Notes: a model not told the origin generated them from the letters alone. 64,000 bases of DNA from Antedon mediterranea (GCF_964355755.1 NC_092673.1:25541648-25605647), one strand, 5' to 3'. Positions 37,791-53,052 are shown, numbered from the stretch's first letter. Numbers and translations are program-made.

Positions 37791-40700
37791 GCTTCGAAAA
37801 CATGGCTCTGTGTCGTCGGACGTCGCAGGGACAAGAGGGATAATAATGTGTAAAATACAGAATCAGGTGGTAAAATAATATTAATAGAACGCGTGTCAGT
37901 GATAGTAAACTGTTCGATAGCTCTTGGATGTAGGTTGCACCATGGGGTAAGTTCAGTCACAGTATGACTTAATCTTCCGCTCCCTGACTTCATTCACGGA
38001 ACACCTCCTCAACATTTCATCGTGCGTACATCGTATTGTCTGAGAATAATACACACTGTGTCCCTCAAGGTTTGTGTTTTGATAGCAAATAAGGACTAAC
38101 CCAAACATCAGAAATACATGCAAATAATTTATCTGTTCTTATTTCATTTCGTGTGGATTTATAAAATGCATAAAGTGTTTTGATAATAAACAGTATAGGG
38201 CATGGTGTATACAGATTAAGTGAACATAATTTAAAGATGACCTACATATACAGTAACTTAGTGACTTTGACGAATATCATATTGTATGCGATGTGTATTA
38301 AAAGATATTACTGCAAATGCCTAGGGAGAAAGGCGCTGACAATTGCAATTACGGACGAGAATTCTAAAGTTGTAGGCCTAACTGTGTTTTCTTTTAAAAA
38401 CAATGTAGGTGACTTATTCAAGTCAAGTACATTTTTTGTCATTTGTAAACATATATAAACATTTACATTGAAATGAATTTGAACAGTTTCGGCTAACAAC
38501 AAATAAAAAGAACTTGAACTAGAACTAATTCCAACTTGAATTAATATTTAGGGATACGTGGCCCTTTCTTTTACTCGAATTGGTGAGAGTTTTATAAAGA
38601 TTATGATCACAACGACAGTAAGAATCAACTCTTGTAAAAATAGGTTAAAACATAAAATATATGTTCTCGACATGTATTGCAAAGTATTATCTAATTGTGG
38701 GACCAGCGGATACAGTATGGTGTCTTCCAATTACATAATGAATAGGTCACCTAAACATGCCTCAATCAACTTGATTAGTTTAAGCCTACATAACAGCAAA
38801 ACAATAAACTAAGTACAAAACAAACTTATGCATTTGCTTCTTCTCTGTTGGTATATCTTAACACCTGAATGCACTAAGCTGAACCGTTATAGATTATTTT
38901 CTATGTGTAATTCTGTGACTATTAATTGAATCTTACTAACCTAAAGGCAATAAGAATTAGAACATCATGAATTATTAAATCGTTGATATTCTATACTGCA
39001 ATCAATCATCACAATTAAATAATGTATCACCGGTGTTTTATCATAATTTTCAAAACTATTAATCACATTGTAATATGTAGAAACACATTTATACCGAATA
39101 AATTGACTGAAGAATATCAATACATTATGTTGTCGGGAAAAGTATATTTTATTGTTGTTCATACATTGACAAATAGTTCCTGTAAACGTGTTGCTTTTTT
39201 GTCCCCGTGGTAGGAGTAAGGTAAAGATGGGTAAAGAGGATAAGGCGGCATGAGACCCTTATCACATAATGCAGAGGCTTAGTAGAAGATTCGTCTTGTT
39301 TAGAAACGTCCTCTAGGTCTTCATTAATCACTCCTTCCCATCCACCATTCGTTTGGCACCAGTGTCTAAGCTGCTCGGCATCATTCAAGCCCGGTGGCTT
39401 ATCTCTTCATTACGCACATTCACGCATGCATAGCGCATCCAATAAACGATGGTGGTACAAAGTCTCCGTAAATGTAATCAATTTTACGCCTGGCTTTTTA
39501 TAATATATACGAGTTATATAGTCATATCATGTATATTACGTCATTCCTAAGGCGAATTGTTAGGATTCGAGCGACTCTGTTTTCCGTTTGTAATCAATTT
39601 ATGTGTTTGTGAGGCTTTTAGTTAATTATTCGGCCATCAAGGCATCTATACCTATTATTTCTGCACTTATATAGAACAAAGTAAATGTTAGAAACCTGAC
39701 CTAAATTTAACGGGAATTGTTGTTCCATTTAGCATGTTGTGGTATGAATACAATTGAAATTAAAATTTCATAATCGATATGCTGCAATGAAGCATTGCCG
39801 TATGTTCTGAGTTCTTTCATTAATATGCTTATTTTGATTTTTTTTAAATGGTACACATACATTAACTTATTTTTTGTCACAATAGTTTTTTTTATTTATG
39901 TCGGATAAAGTAGGCTTACCGAAAAGGTACAGTATATACAATACAGTAAGCTATGAAATGATGATTCCGAATTATTTTTACCAGAAAGAAACATGTTATA
40001 GGCGATAATTATGTTTAAATTAAGTAAGCTCATAGTTATTTTAACTTAGGTATACTTTGACTTATTTTTTGTCACAATACTTTTTTTATTAATGTCAGAT
40101 AAAGCACAGTAATTAATGAATTAATTTCGAATGAATCTCTACCCGAATAATTTTTTTTTAAATGACAATGTTTACCATAATAATTGTCACCAGGCAGTTT
40201 ACTCACAAAAAAAAATAACGTATAGCATACGCGTACGGGGTTTTGAACAAAGTAATATTTAATTTCCCGATTCCTTAAACAGGCCATTCCGTATTACGTA
40301 GGCTACGGAGAGACAACACGTATGGCCTGTTTCTATGGATGTTTTTATATAATTATTATTATTATGTACAGCATATCAACGCCAAAAGGTCTGTTCATAA
40401 CATCACATGAATACATTCAGCCAAACAACTGGCTTTTACCGAAAACTTTGATATAACGTATTTGAAAAAGAATGTAGTGCCTATAGGGCATATAGGGCCT
40501 ATGTGTATAAGAGAAGAAATGTTTTTAGTCAGGAGACAAGAAACTGCGGGTGCTGTTTATTGTCTCTAGACATAATACCGCGTGGATCACGAGGTAAAGT
40601 AAACATAAATTAGGTAGATACATTTATAAATGTCAATACTGTCTGTAACATGTTGACTCACCTTAACTGATTCCATTAAAATAAATCCAAACACAGAATA

Positions 40701-41772
40701 CAATGTTGATATGAAGGCGTCTACGAATTACTAGTGACAGACCACGCGAGTATTTAGTTCGAAATCAATTGAATCTATTTGTACCTAAACACCTGAACTG
40801 GTGCGGCAAGATTATAATTAATTGTTTTTTAGCAACATAATTCCATGTTATATAGCAACAGCCGTCAATGGCAGATGACCAACACAAACACACTGTTAAT
40901 TTAGCTAACACTTGCAGGCCTGAATTCTCACGGACATTGTAATTAAAATTGATTATGACCGGACTTTTTGTAATCATATTTTGACACTTAATTTAAAGAT
41001 GTCCAATGCAATGTTTGGAGTTTTAGCGAGCACGACGTACACGTGTGATTTGAGCATTATATCCGTGGTGATCAAGGGAGACTGGATGAAAGAATACGGG
41101 GCAGGAGGTCATGTATGTGTATGACTATAGTCTCACTCATGCGATGCTTTTATTAATCAACACCCCTATTATGTGGATACTTCTTCGAAACAAGGCCATA
41201 TAAATGGCTGCAGTCGCGTGTTTACCAACCGACCGACCGACCAACATAGTGAGCTGTATAGTCGCGTGCGGACGCGACTAAAAACGAGGAGAAATATAGG
41301 CCTATATTTAAACTAGGACAACACCTAATTAGGGGACACCCTCTATTACGAGTACACGTTATTCAGTCCGAAAAATGGGTCCTCTCATGGTGGTCTACTG
41401 CATTTGAATAGATGTCGTGTAGCATACAAAAAGCATATGCACTATAGTTATACAGATGTAGAAAATGCTAGGCATATTCTCAAGTTTATGACCTCACTGT
41501 CGAAGGGTTGTCAGAAAATATTCACACACTGTGAATTGATTCAGAGTAGAACACTGTAAGTGTCAATATCGAATTGCAATTTCAATATACTTATTTATCA
41601 GTACTACGGTATAATTTTTAATTATCATGTTGTGGAGTGTTACATTATGCGATTGAAGTAACAAACGCTGTACTTAAGTTTCACGATGGTACTTCAAAAC
41701 TACCTAAAAATTAAGACGTGACAAATAAATACATGGTTTTTTTTTTCATTTATACTTATTTCATCTTCTGGA

Positions 41773-42110
41773 TCAAACAAAGTGCCCCTTTAATAGAGGT
41801 GTCTCCTGAATAAGGGTTAGCCGTTATACATATTTATATTGACTCTCGTTTGAGTATAAGTATTTCTTTAATAGGGTGGTAAAAGAAGGGGTTCTGTTCT
41901 AAAATCAGATAATAACAACTAGAGTCGTTATGCCACGACAAACAAACAAAGTGTCCCTTTAATAGAGGTGTCTAAGGGTTAGCCATTATACATATTACAT
42001 TGTCTCTTGTTTGATTTGCAGGAAAGTATTTCTTTAATAGGGGTGTCACAAAAGAGGGGTTGTAATGTATTCTAAAATCAGATAAAAACTACACCCAAAA
42101 GATGAGTCGT
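41773..42110. repeat. Diverged local tandem duplication (~170 bp x2)
   Basis: caaacaaagtg(c/t)ccctttaatagaggtgtct...ttctaaaatcagataa...agagtcgt occurs twice in succession. Confidence 0.75.
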
Positions 42111-44859
42111 GATGCAACGTTAAATGTTTCTTTAAAACCAATTTTCGTATACGACGGACGAAGTTTTGACTTACTATTAGTAAAAAGTTAAATATTTTGG
42201 CACATATGGCGTTTCATACTTGAGCTTGTATTTCAGACAAAATCGAAAAGTCTCGAAATAACTGGAGGACTTGGGGCAAGTCTAGCGTATACATATAGTA
42301 TTATTATATACGTTAGCCCACGTGTAATGCTGCAGACTTACCAATTTAATCATTTCAACAAATTGCACTCTTTATACCATGGTGACACCCATGTTAAGTA
42401 TTTTATATTGTTTTCAAACAGTATATATTATTGTTGTAAATAAATATTGAAATGTGTACGTGTCTTTTGTAATGATTTTGATGATGTACTGTAAATTAGA
42501 GATACTAATAATACACAGAAACAAACGAATCGTTATTCTTAAAAGAGGGCAGGAAAGTCATACATCTTTTAGATCAGTTATAGTGACGTAATTAAAAGTT
42601 ATCATCAAATATATATAAAAGATGCAAACGTTTTCAAGTTTATTCAAGAGTAAAATAAAGTTGCAGATTTGAAAAATAATATCCTTCGTAATTAACACAG
42701 TTGTATAACATTTGACGGGTCATTTCTGTTCTACTTGTATCAAATAATGACTGTAATAGGCATAACAAGGACTATCGATTATGTTGAAACTTGACCTGTC
42801 AGACTCAGATCTATAGAAATTGATTGTCCTACCTTTAGCTCACATTAAAAAGAATCCTTTTTTTTGGTAAAATATCTCCAGTAATCTTCACTCTCCAAAG
42901 CAGCTGTCGATAGATAGCTGTGTAAATACAACAATAATATATATATATAATCTTACAGATATGTTGTAGAAAACCGATCTTTCATGACTTCATAGATGTC
43001 TCTTTTCAATATAATCCTAAATATCGAGAGATTTAATTGTGACACTGATACCTATCCTGTCGGCGGTGATATAACCGTCTGAACGGATAACAAACATCAA
43101 AGATTAAATTGATAACCTTTAAGTTTAGGTATGAAATGCGTGCACATTTCCGTATACACTAATGCAGCAGTCGTTGCTTAAACTCATTTCACCCGTGAAT
43201 GGTTAATGTATCGTTGCACCATCGTGATATCGATTGGAATCGGCCGAGCGGGATGAGTAGCTTTATACTCGCAATGGTGGTCGATTCGACGGTAATTTGT
43301 GATAAATTGTCTCACTATAGCTAGCGTCAACATTTTGTAATACGAAGGTCGTGGGCAACAAATGAAATAAACGGTACCCTGTGTTTCATTAATAATGTAT
43401 GTATCCATTGTTAATTATGAACTAATGTTAAAGCAATTGATGGTAGGTCAGTCAGTTGACTGGTATTAGTATAACACGATAGGCCTATTAATAATAATGT
43501 TATATTCAACAGTATTTGTTACTTACATAATGATATAATATGACGTAAATAATGTAACTCATGATTCAGCTTAAACTTAAATTTCAATCCTGAATGATCT
43601 TATAAACTGAGATATAATACACATTAGGCTGACATATAAGCCTTAATTGCTTCACATACAAATTTGAAACTAATAAGAGATGGCAAAAAAGCAATACAAA
43701 TACTACAACATTTTTTCAAACAGCGGTAATTAAATGACCTTTAAGAAATGAAACACATTTTAATCGTTCGTCTGCGGCGTCAAAGCTATTAATATTATAG
43801 AAAATTAAGCATTGAAAGCATCTCCTGGACAGTTTTGTCTACGTGTAATAGCATCAACAGAGTCGAGACGAACGTAAATATACCTTTTAAAGTCACACTA
43901 TTGTATAAAGAATGGAAGAAAATTGACTTCATCCGCGAAGGTTTTCTCTTCCACATAAATAGGAAAGGGATCTATATTCGACTCCTATAATCTCTCACAC
44001 ACGTTTACGCTCGAGTTTCAGTGTTCCGTTTTTAAATCATTATAATACGATGGTCATGTGCTGTATGAATAGCCAAAAAAACCAAACGAATGCTATAGTA
44101 CTAAACTATTGGGCAAACAAAAACTAAGTAGGTACCGTATCAGTATAATAAGTAACACTAGATCAAATCAATTCAAAACCTCTGACTATAGGCCTATATA
44201 GCAGCACGTGTAACCTCTCATCAAAATAATAATAGTTTCTATAACTATCACGTGTTAATAAGACACGTCACATCTGCACACAACACCCAGTAGAATATAG
44301 TATAATTATAATAGTACTAATTTGAAGGAAAAGTTTTACAAACATTGAGGGCTCACTTTCTTGACCCTCGGAGCCTTCAGAAACAAAATTGTTAGAATTG
44401 TTTTTGACGTCTAACCATTTGATCGACATCTAAAAAGCATTTTACTGACAAGTGCAGTACAATGCAATGCTGAAGTCACTTTTGATCATGTGAATTTGTC
44501 GTCGTGGTTGTTAACAAAACACCAACTCTTCTTCTCCCCTCTCCCCCTGAACTGATTTTTTGGTCGGTAATAACAATTTATCAGGTGGTCAATGACGAGA
44601 TTACTTGGACGTAATTGAGATGGGAAGTTGAGAATTCTATGCAAGGGCATCGTATTATACTCGTAGTATATTCAAACCAAGTGCCTATTTACTACTTTAG
44701 GGCGGGGAAATGCCATCCTAAGTACAAACATACGAACATCCAAGATCGTTTAAGGGCCAATTAGATATAAAAGTGGCAGTTTGCTTGCAGGATTCACACC
44801 ACGTGACTAGCCGTTAAATTAAACAATTGTTCTACGTATGGTGTTTTTTTATTGAATTT

Positions 44860-45070
44860 ATTTGATGCTCAACATTAAAATTACAAACAGACAAAAGACA
44901 AAATAACGAGCATCAGGAACACCCATTAGGCTGGATAAAACACCCATTAGGCCGGAAAACACCAGCCCATTTCCAATGGGGTCCAAATTGCAAATAATAA
45001 ACAATAACAAATACAACATTTATAACAAAAAATACAAATATATATATTAAAAGCAAAGCATAGTAAAACA
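44860..45070 (-). mobile_element. LINE 3' tail (Rex/L2-like)
   Basis: Minus strand: T-rich 3' UTR, then tggaccccattggaaatgggc...gcctaatgggtg (duplicated), then an A-rich end. Confidence 0.45.
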
Positions 45071-47853
45071 GAATGTTTCTGAGGAAAAATAAGACCAAGA
45101 TTTGAACGCAGGATCTCGGGATTACAGGCAAAAATGGTCAATGACACTTATATGGCAAGTTGTGTAAATGAAACGTTTTTGTGTGGTATTGAATGTGGTA
45201 GCAGTTCAACGCCACGTCATGGTTATAAATAAAATACATTTCTAACGATTTCTTGTTTTCCGATGGACTGTGCGCATAACATATTATTCATACGAAAATT
45301 AATGGTATGACTTGTTTAATTCTAAATGCGCTCAATCGTTGATTTACGAGGTATTCTCTAGGAGCGATATACATAGAAAATAATCAAATTAAATTATCCA
45401 TTTGAAGTTACCGAACAGATTACTCAATTATTTAAAGATAATTAATATAATAAACTAGAAAAATGGGCCGAAAAATTATATATTCTAAAATAAATTTGTA
45501 ACCTTATCTGTCAATGCAAATATAACACATTGTACAACATTTAAACGCGGCGTATTAGATTACTCGAGGTTAGACTGGTGATATGCTCCTTCGATTTTGA
45601 AAGGCAGATTTATGGGCTAGGAAGGTGTTTTGACGTGGCATAATATTTGCCGATTTCAGCCTAGCTTGACCGTTCGAGTGATTTAGGTTGATTAATAACA
45701 TTCTATTACAGAAGTGATCCATATAGGTATTGATAATTGAAAGTTAGAATAATAATTTTAGCCCTGACCAGAATGGAGAGCAAAATGTTTTCTCCTTATT
45801 ATAGTGAAATAAAGAATATGATGAATAAAATATATCGGTATCCTAAGCACATTTTGTTATACAATGACACATATATCACATGTGACATCTGTACCGTAGG
45901 CTATAAACATAATACAGGCGCCACATGTGACACTGCATTACATAAATTACCTATGCTACTGGAGATACAGTACAGAGGATCGGGTGGAAATGTGTGTATA
46001 TGTAGAAGATTGAGTAGTTTTTTTTTTATCTTATTGTGTTCATCCCACTTTTATTTCCATACATATCTTCTCTTTACAATACACTATACATATTATATTA
46101 ACAATGTTTGTTTTCATAATCTGTTTTCATACACATTGTTTTATTATTTCTCTAGGCCTACATAGTTTCCTATTTTTATACTGTCATCTATAACACATTT
46201 TCATTAACAAGCTAATTTTTTCTTACATAGTCGTTTTTTTCTTTTTTCATCTACATGCATATTATTTTCATACATACATACATCTCTTATACCAATTACT
46301 TACTATTCACTGTAAATATAATATATTTCTCATCCTTTTTTGTTTTTTTTTTATATTTACAAAATATATTTCCACAGATTATCCTTTTTAGGCATCTATA
46401 ACCAACCAAATTATCATTTAACTTTTCTTCTTTTTTTTCATATATGGGATCATTCCACTTTTTTAAAAATTAATTTTCTTTTAATATATTTCCATATATT
46501 CTTTTGTTTATACACACATTATCATTTAACCACATTTATGTTTAATAATCTATTTATAAACTTAGACATTTTTTTTTCTTTTTAACAATTTTATCATTTT
46601 CAATTTCCTATTTACATATATATACATAGGCTTACATGAAAGCTTTGATCAATACACTTTTCACTACTTATACATAAACCTTCTTATCCTTCATCATTGT
46701 TTTTTTTATATCATCAATCTATAAAAAGCTTTTCACATTTTGTCCTTTTTTTTAAATCATCTAGAAGATCGAGTTGTTTGTTAGAAAATACAATCGCATT
46801 TATTTACATTTTCCTTTACAAATTATCTTTACATTCCGGATGTAATGGATAAATGGTGAATTTCAGATTCTACTTTCATTGCCATTCTACACAAATCTTT
46901 TCGTAAGAAAAATGTAGTATGCATAAATCAACTGACTGTTTTTAAAGACAATTTACATAAACACACTTATTTAACAGAATGTTAACACATGCGAAACGCA
47001 CATAAAGCTTAAATGTCACTAAGGATAATGACAGACATACAATTGATGACACTCTCGGGATATCAATAATAATATTTGACTTTTATAATCAACCATAATA
47101 ATAACTAGGCCTTAACATACCTACCTAGAAGTTATAGCTTAATCTTTGTTCGGACTAGGACGCGCGTAACTTATGTGCGCGCACACAGCAAGTAAACAAT
47201 CAAAAACAGTTTGGATTAACAATAGGCCTACGTTGGTCTTAAGCATGATTCACAAAACAAAAGCATTTGAACCGCGCTGTAAATCGAAATTACACTTTAT
47301 AAACATATTCATATATTCTGTTTATAATTATGCAAATTTTGCTGTAGCTTTTCAAAGGAAAAATAATTAAGAAAATAGCACCGATAGAGCGCCCTCTATA
47401 TCGTCACACAAATTTGGTTCAGACACAATTACTATACAGTTATAATATCGTTATTAAACCATCCATCATAACTAATGCTACAATTTCAGTTTTTAACATA
47501 ATAGCAACATATCAACCATTTATGAAGCATACACGGCAGTGCATAATTGCTCTAGGCCCATTAGTGTTGGTGACGCTTGAAGTATTTTTTAGTCAAGTTA
47601 ACAAACTGAGACCTAAATTAATTCCTCTTTGTATGTAATACAACCAAGAATTGCATTAAATATAATAATTTTGATATAACTGATTACCTATAGGTGATGA
47701 AAGGTAAGGCACTTATACTGATTAATCATCATTCGTATTATTAATGTTGATCAATAAATAATAATTATAGCACGATGATATATCAATCAAATAATTCAAG
47801 ACAGTCAGAGAGATTACTAATAATGCTACACTAGCCATGTACTCCTAATAGTT

Positions 47854-48092
47854 TGTGATGGCGCTAGTTACACTCCGTTATGCGTGACTAAGCAATAGAC
47901 TGACGTCAGAAACGGTGTAAATACTTTGCTACTCGAGGTTCATCGCGGGTACGGGAGACCAGTGTACACTATATGCTGTTGCAACAAGCCAGACGTGTTG
48001 TAAATAAAGTACGAATGAATTTAGCTAATTGTAGTTATTCTGTACTTGTCGTCAAAAGCCAATTGACCAACATAACATGACGGAGAACACGG
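47854..48092 (+). mobile_element. LTR remnant with degenerate primer-binding site
   Basis: TG(47854)...AATAAA(48003)...ATAACA(48077), followed directly by TGACGGAGAACACGG. This matches a tRNA-Ala-type PBS (TGGTGGAGAATGCGG) at 11/15, and all four mismatches are transitions. The left boundary is uncertain. Confidence 0.45.
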
Positions 48093-48231
48093 TTTCATTA
48101 TTATTTTGTTGCCGAGGAAATAACACGAAGGTTGATGTCCCAACGACACTCTAAATTACTTTTTTTATAGATATTTCTAACGGGGGTGTTATTGACATTA
48201 TTATCATGCGTTAGTTGAGTTAAGAATATCT

Positions 48232-48503
<272 letters not shown>

Positions 48504-48820
48504 AAATCAGGCACAGAACATTAATTCTAAACCGCCCGGTGATATACTGAAATTTAATTAATTAATTTGAAACGATAAAGTAATAGTATTAGTAATATAA
48601 TTGCTTCTCAGTTTTCCTTGTTAGAATATTATGCACAAAAAAAAGTTGACACGTACAATAGATTAATTTATGTTGTAGTCTATACAAACATTTACACTTT
48701 AAAACAAAGCCTTCTCTAAAAAAAAGCATTAAAACCACCGAAATAACAGCCTATTGTAAAAGTATGATGAGTCGGAAATTATGGGTCCATGGCAATCAAT
48801 GACCATCTGACCCATCGACT

Positions 48821-49268
48821 AGTTCGTTCGTTCGTTGTCCCATTACCTAAGTGGTCGTAGGGGCGTAGCAGACGAGATACAGTATACTAATCATGATACG
48901 ACACTCAGGCATACGCCATATCTCCAGCGGTTTAAATCTCCTTTGTACTTGCGTTTTGTTGTTGCTGGATGGCCGTCGTTGGTTCTCCTGAACCGACGCC
49001 CTTGTGGGAGTCCAAACACCATCCACACCATGCTCCTAACGGAGTTGATATGGTTACCGGTTTGGTCGCGGTGTGTGGGCTAGTACACCGGGGAAATCCC
49101 CCTACTCGTCTCGAAAGATGTACAAGGTTCACATGTGCACATGAGCTAGTGTTTCCTTATCCGAGAAGACTCGTTCTACCACTAGAACCATGGAGCGAAT
49201 GAGCCTCAAACCCTTGCCGATGTTATGGCTACGTAATTACGATGCAACTGTCTTAACTGCTCGGCCAC
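48821..49268 (-). mobile_element. Near full-length tRNA-headed SINE with Nin-like core and RTE-type tail
   Basis: Minus strand: gtggccgagcagttaagac (A-box), then the core agtcttctcggataagg, then the tail cccctacgaccacttaggtaatgggac followed by (AACG)n. Confidence 0.7.
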
Positions 49269-50793
49269 TCACTCACTCACTCACTCACTCACTCAAGTAG
49301 TAGTATAATTACTTATTTCAAAATAAAATACTAAATAGTGAACTTGTATAAAAATAGTTAAAATGTCATGTTAACAACATAAACAATAAAGATATATAAA
49401 TAGCATCTCATACATACCTCTCGTCACCTTTATTTTTTAAGCACTTTATACTGAGAGAGTCTAATTTGATAAACAAATCCCGGATATGTTTCCAAATTAA
49501 TAGTATACCTGTACTTTTTAATTACCATATTGAAACATAAATCTTATGACTATACCTAATTAATTAACAATTGAAAAGTACAACACACACTGAGTGACGT
49601 CATACGTATGGATAATAATAGTCACTATGTGATTTTTAATAGATACAGAATTGTTTGGATACCGTTTGGAACTAATCGCTTTTATTTATAAGCATGTTTT
49701 ATAGGGGTTAACATTGTCAAATGTACGATATCGTCTGCAGGACACACAAGTTAATTTCCTCACGCATGCGTCGTAATAAAGTAAAACCACTATTTAATAA
49801 GGACAGATTTTCGGGGAAAAGTGTCCACTTATAGGAGTAAAAACTAATTGTTCTTCTTCAGATGACAGTAATTTTCAACTAATACATTCCATTATTATTA
49901 GAATTGATCCAATTCTGTAGTGATTGTCTTTTTTATGTTAGTCCGCCAGTCGGCCCTTCGATTTTGTCTGAAAATACGAGCTAACAAGTAGTATATGTAT
50001 GAAACGCCATATGTGCCAACATAGTAATTTTTCATCATTATTAAGTCAAAACTCCGCTTAGAACCTAGGCTACATTATTATATTCATTAAGCGAATATTT
50101 AAAACTAATGTATTGTGCCCAAATATGGTAGTGGTATGCCCAAATATGGTAGCGATATGACATCATGTCCATTATGGGCACATCATATTTTTTGTCACAT
50201 AGAGTTTGAAAGTGTAGGCTTTAGCTTATAAACAAACTCAAAACCATAGTAAAGTATAGTGATTATTGAGTTGAATAATTATCATTCAACGATTAACTGT
50301 CCTAGTTAAGTAAATCCGTCAATTTAGCGATTACCACGGAAATATAGGATTTTTAATCAGTTTAAATGCATACAAGCAAAATATATGCAAAACCACATTT
50401 TTTTGTAAAAAAAATTCAATCGTTATTATATTTTCTTCTTATTTAAACTGACATTTTAAAGTAAATTGCCCTAAAGTATATAAAAAAACATTTCGTATAT
50501 CAAGGTTGTTATCAGGCTGATCGTAGTTAGTTATAGATTGATATTACCATCAATTCACTGTGCGTTTCATATATTAATTAATCAAGATGAATCGACGATT
50601 ATAGAATGATAGTTTAGTGTATGTATTCTTCTAATCTGTAATTTTAATCAATGCTATGGAAGAATATAACCGCAGACTCAACATGTTCGTAAAAACTTTA
50701 TCTATATACCTACAACGATCCTAAACGTTATATGAAGAATATGAAGAATCCTTCAATTTTATTTACAATGCTGTCGATACGATATTCCATTAA

Positions 50794-51161
50794 AGCCTGT
50801 GTCTAACTTGGACGCAACACAAGCACGTAAGCGCAATTTTAATTCACCGACTTGGTTGAGGCACTGCATGGTGCCTTCCCATGATCGGAACCAAGCTTTA
50901 AGCTTGGTTACGACTCTAGGACGCAGTCAATCACAATATTTCACTTGTGATTGGTCAAGTTACTAAAGCGTGGTTCCCACTAGAGATGCATTCAAAAGGA
51001 TGTACGCGCAACGCAAGCGAGTTGACCAATGATAAGCCACTGTTCGAATAATCCATCGCATGTGATTGGTCAAATCACTTACGTTGCGTTACGTCCTTGC
51101 GTTGCGTCGCTAGTAGGAACCAAACTTTACGTTGCGCTTACGTCCTAGTGGGAACCAAGCT
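50794..51161. mobile_element. Cluster of adjacent and nested Harbinger-like MITEs
   Basis: Element ~50794-50897 abuts element ~50901-51161 (junction ggaaccaagctTTAagcttgg). The second element contains a nested copy at ~50967-51127. Confidence 0.75.
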
Positions 51162-53052
51162 TTACCGGGGTTCGAGCACAAGTTTAGTCTCGGGCCTTTT
51201 CAGAACTTGGCGTCTCCTATCCTGTATAATTGCAATTATATAGAGTTAAACAACTGTAAATACACTTCTATTGTTCATTCCACTGTTAAATTTACATTGA
51301 CACTCGAAACAATAACCAATTATCTTGATACTACAGGTGTACATTAACGCATCGGCTGAGACGAGTATTCTGGCTGTTAATACAAAATACAGAATTTATT
51401 CCAATAGCGCAAACGGATCAATTCGAATGTTGTAACTAATATAAAAAAAGCTTTTGCATCTGTTACCATGGTGGTGCGGATTTTATCTTCATATTAATTA
51501 TAATTATTTCAATGACACTAAGTTTATGTTCTGTGAAATTAACGCGATGACGTCACTGAGGCTTATGCTTTGGTTGAGCATTATTATGGCTTTAGTTTGT
51601 GACGACTATACTATAGTACATCATCATCATTGTTACAAATTTCTTTTTATAATTTGAAGATTAGTTTTGTCCGTAAAACATCTTTACATCAAATTGCAAA
51701 CACATTCTTGTTCTTAGGGCGTGGCTCGATTCTTTATCAATAGTTCAGATTATCAAAATCAATAAAAAATAACACAATTGTGTTTAATTTGATTAAAATA
51801 TATATAAATTCCTATTTATATACATTAGGTATAGATACAAATATATATTAGGCATAGAACATTAATTCAGTGATGTACTGAAATTAATTTAACTAATTTG
51901 AAACGATAAGATGATGAAATCTGTGAGAATGAGAAAAAGTCGCCCCAACCGAGATTCCTATTTATAAGTAGATTTCTTATTTATAAGATGTTACGCAAAC
52001 CTTATTCATTTTTATGCTAAAAAGTTGCATATAGATTATGTGATTAGAAGTTAGAAGTAAGGTTTATATTAAAATATTCGCGGAAAACTAATTAATGTAA
52101 TGCAAGTTTAGCCGTTATGAATAAACATAATACTGTCTCACAAAATCCCACTCTTACTCTTCTCATAATTCCACTCTTGTATTGTAATTGACCTACGCAG
52201 TAGGTTTTAATTGTTTTAATAAAACACACAAGCGTTAACAATTATTTGCATTGCATATAAGAAAGTGGTTGATTTTTTTTTTCTGTTATGCTATTATTAT
52301 TAACGTGTTTGTTATATTTTATATTATAATAATTTAAATTACTAATATAGATGTGATATTGTCATTCATAATATTCTTTGAAAATAGACCATGTTATTTT
52401 TAACTCACTATGTCGGTCGGTTGGTCGGTCGGTTGGTCGTTAAACACTAATTTTAGCACGCGACTGCAATCATGTATATGGCCTTGTTCTTATATCGACT
52501 TGGCCTACGCCCGAACAGGTGGTCGACTTATTATGCCCTACATACAATTTTCATTAAAATGTCAGAGTCGTTTCATGTTATGCATTTTATTGAATGCATG
52601 TACTAAAAAAAAAAAAGGAATGAAAATTGGTTATTTAATATATGAACATTTTACTGCACACTGCATGATAAAATACAAATTGCTACTTACGTGAATGTTG
52701 CAAGTTTAAGCAAAATGTATTTATCAGATCCATGCAAATTTCATATAATTTGATCTGATTCCAAGAAATACGTTTTTTTTTTTATTTATTGCTTGGGAAA
52801 TTCTTGCAAAGTCCAAAGTTTGTCTTTATGCGTTTGTACGAATGTCCACGATTTTCAAGTTATTCTCCTGATTATGTTTTCACTATATACAAACAGATCA
52901 TGGCTATTGAGTTTCAGGAAAATCGATATATTGGTGACGTCACAAAGGCTTATTATATTAAAATCTCGAGTTATTTGTATCTTCAATGTGCAGAAAATTT
53001 TGTATAGCACGCCCTCTGTTGGTATATACATTGCCAAGAATTCCAATCAGTT

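Noticed and set aside
36761-37878. Cys-rich metallothionein- or keratin-associated-like ORFs
   Set aside because: They are translations of a CTG-rich minisatellite with frequent frame switches and no splice or start context.
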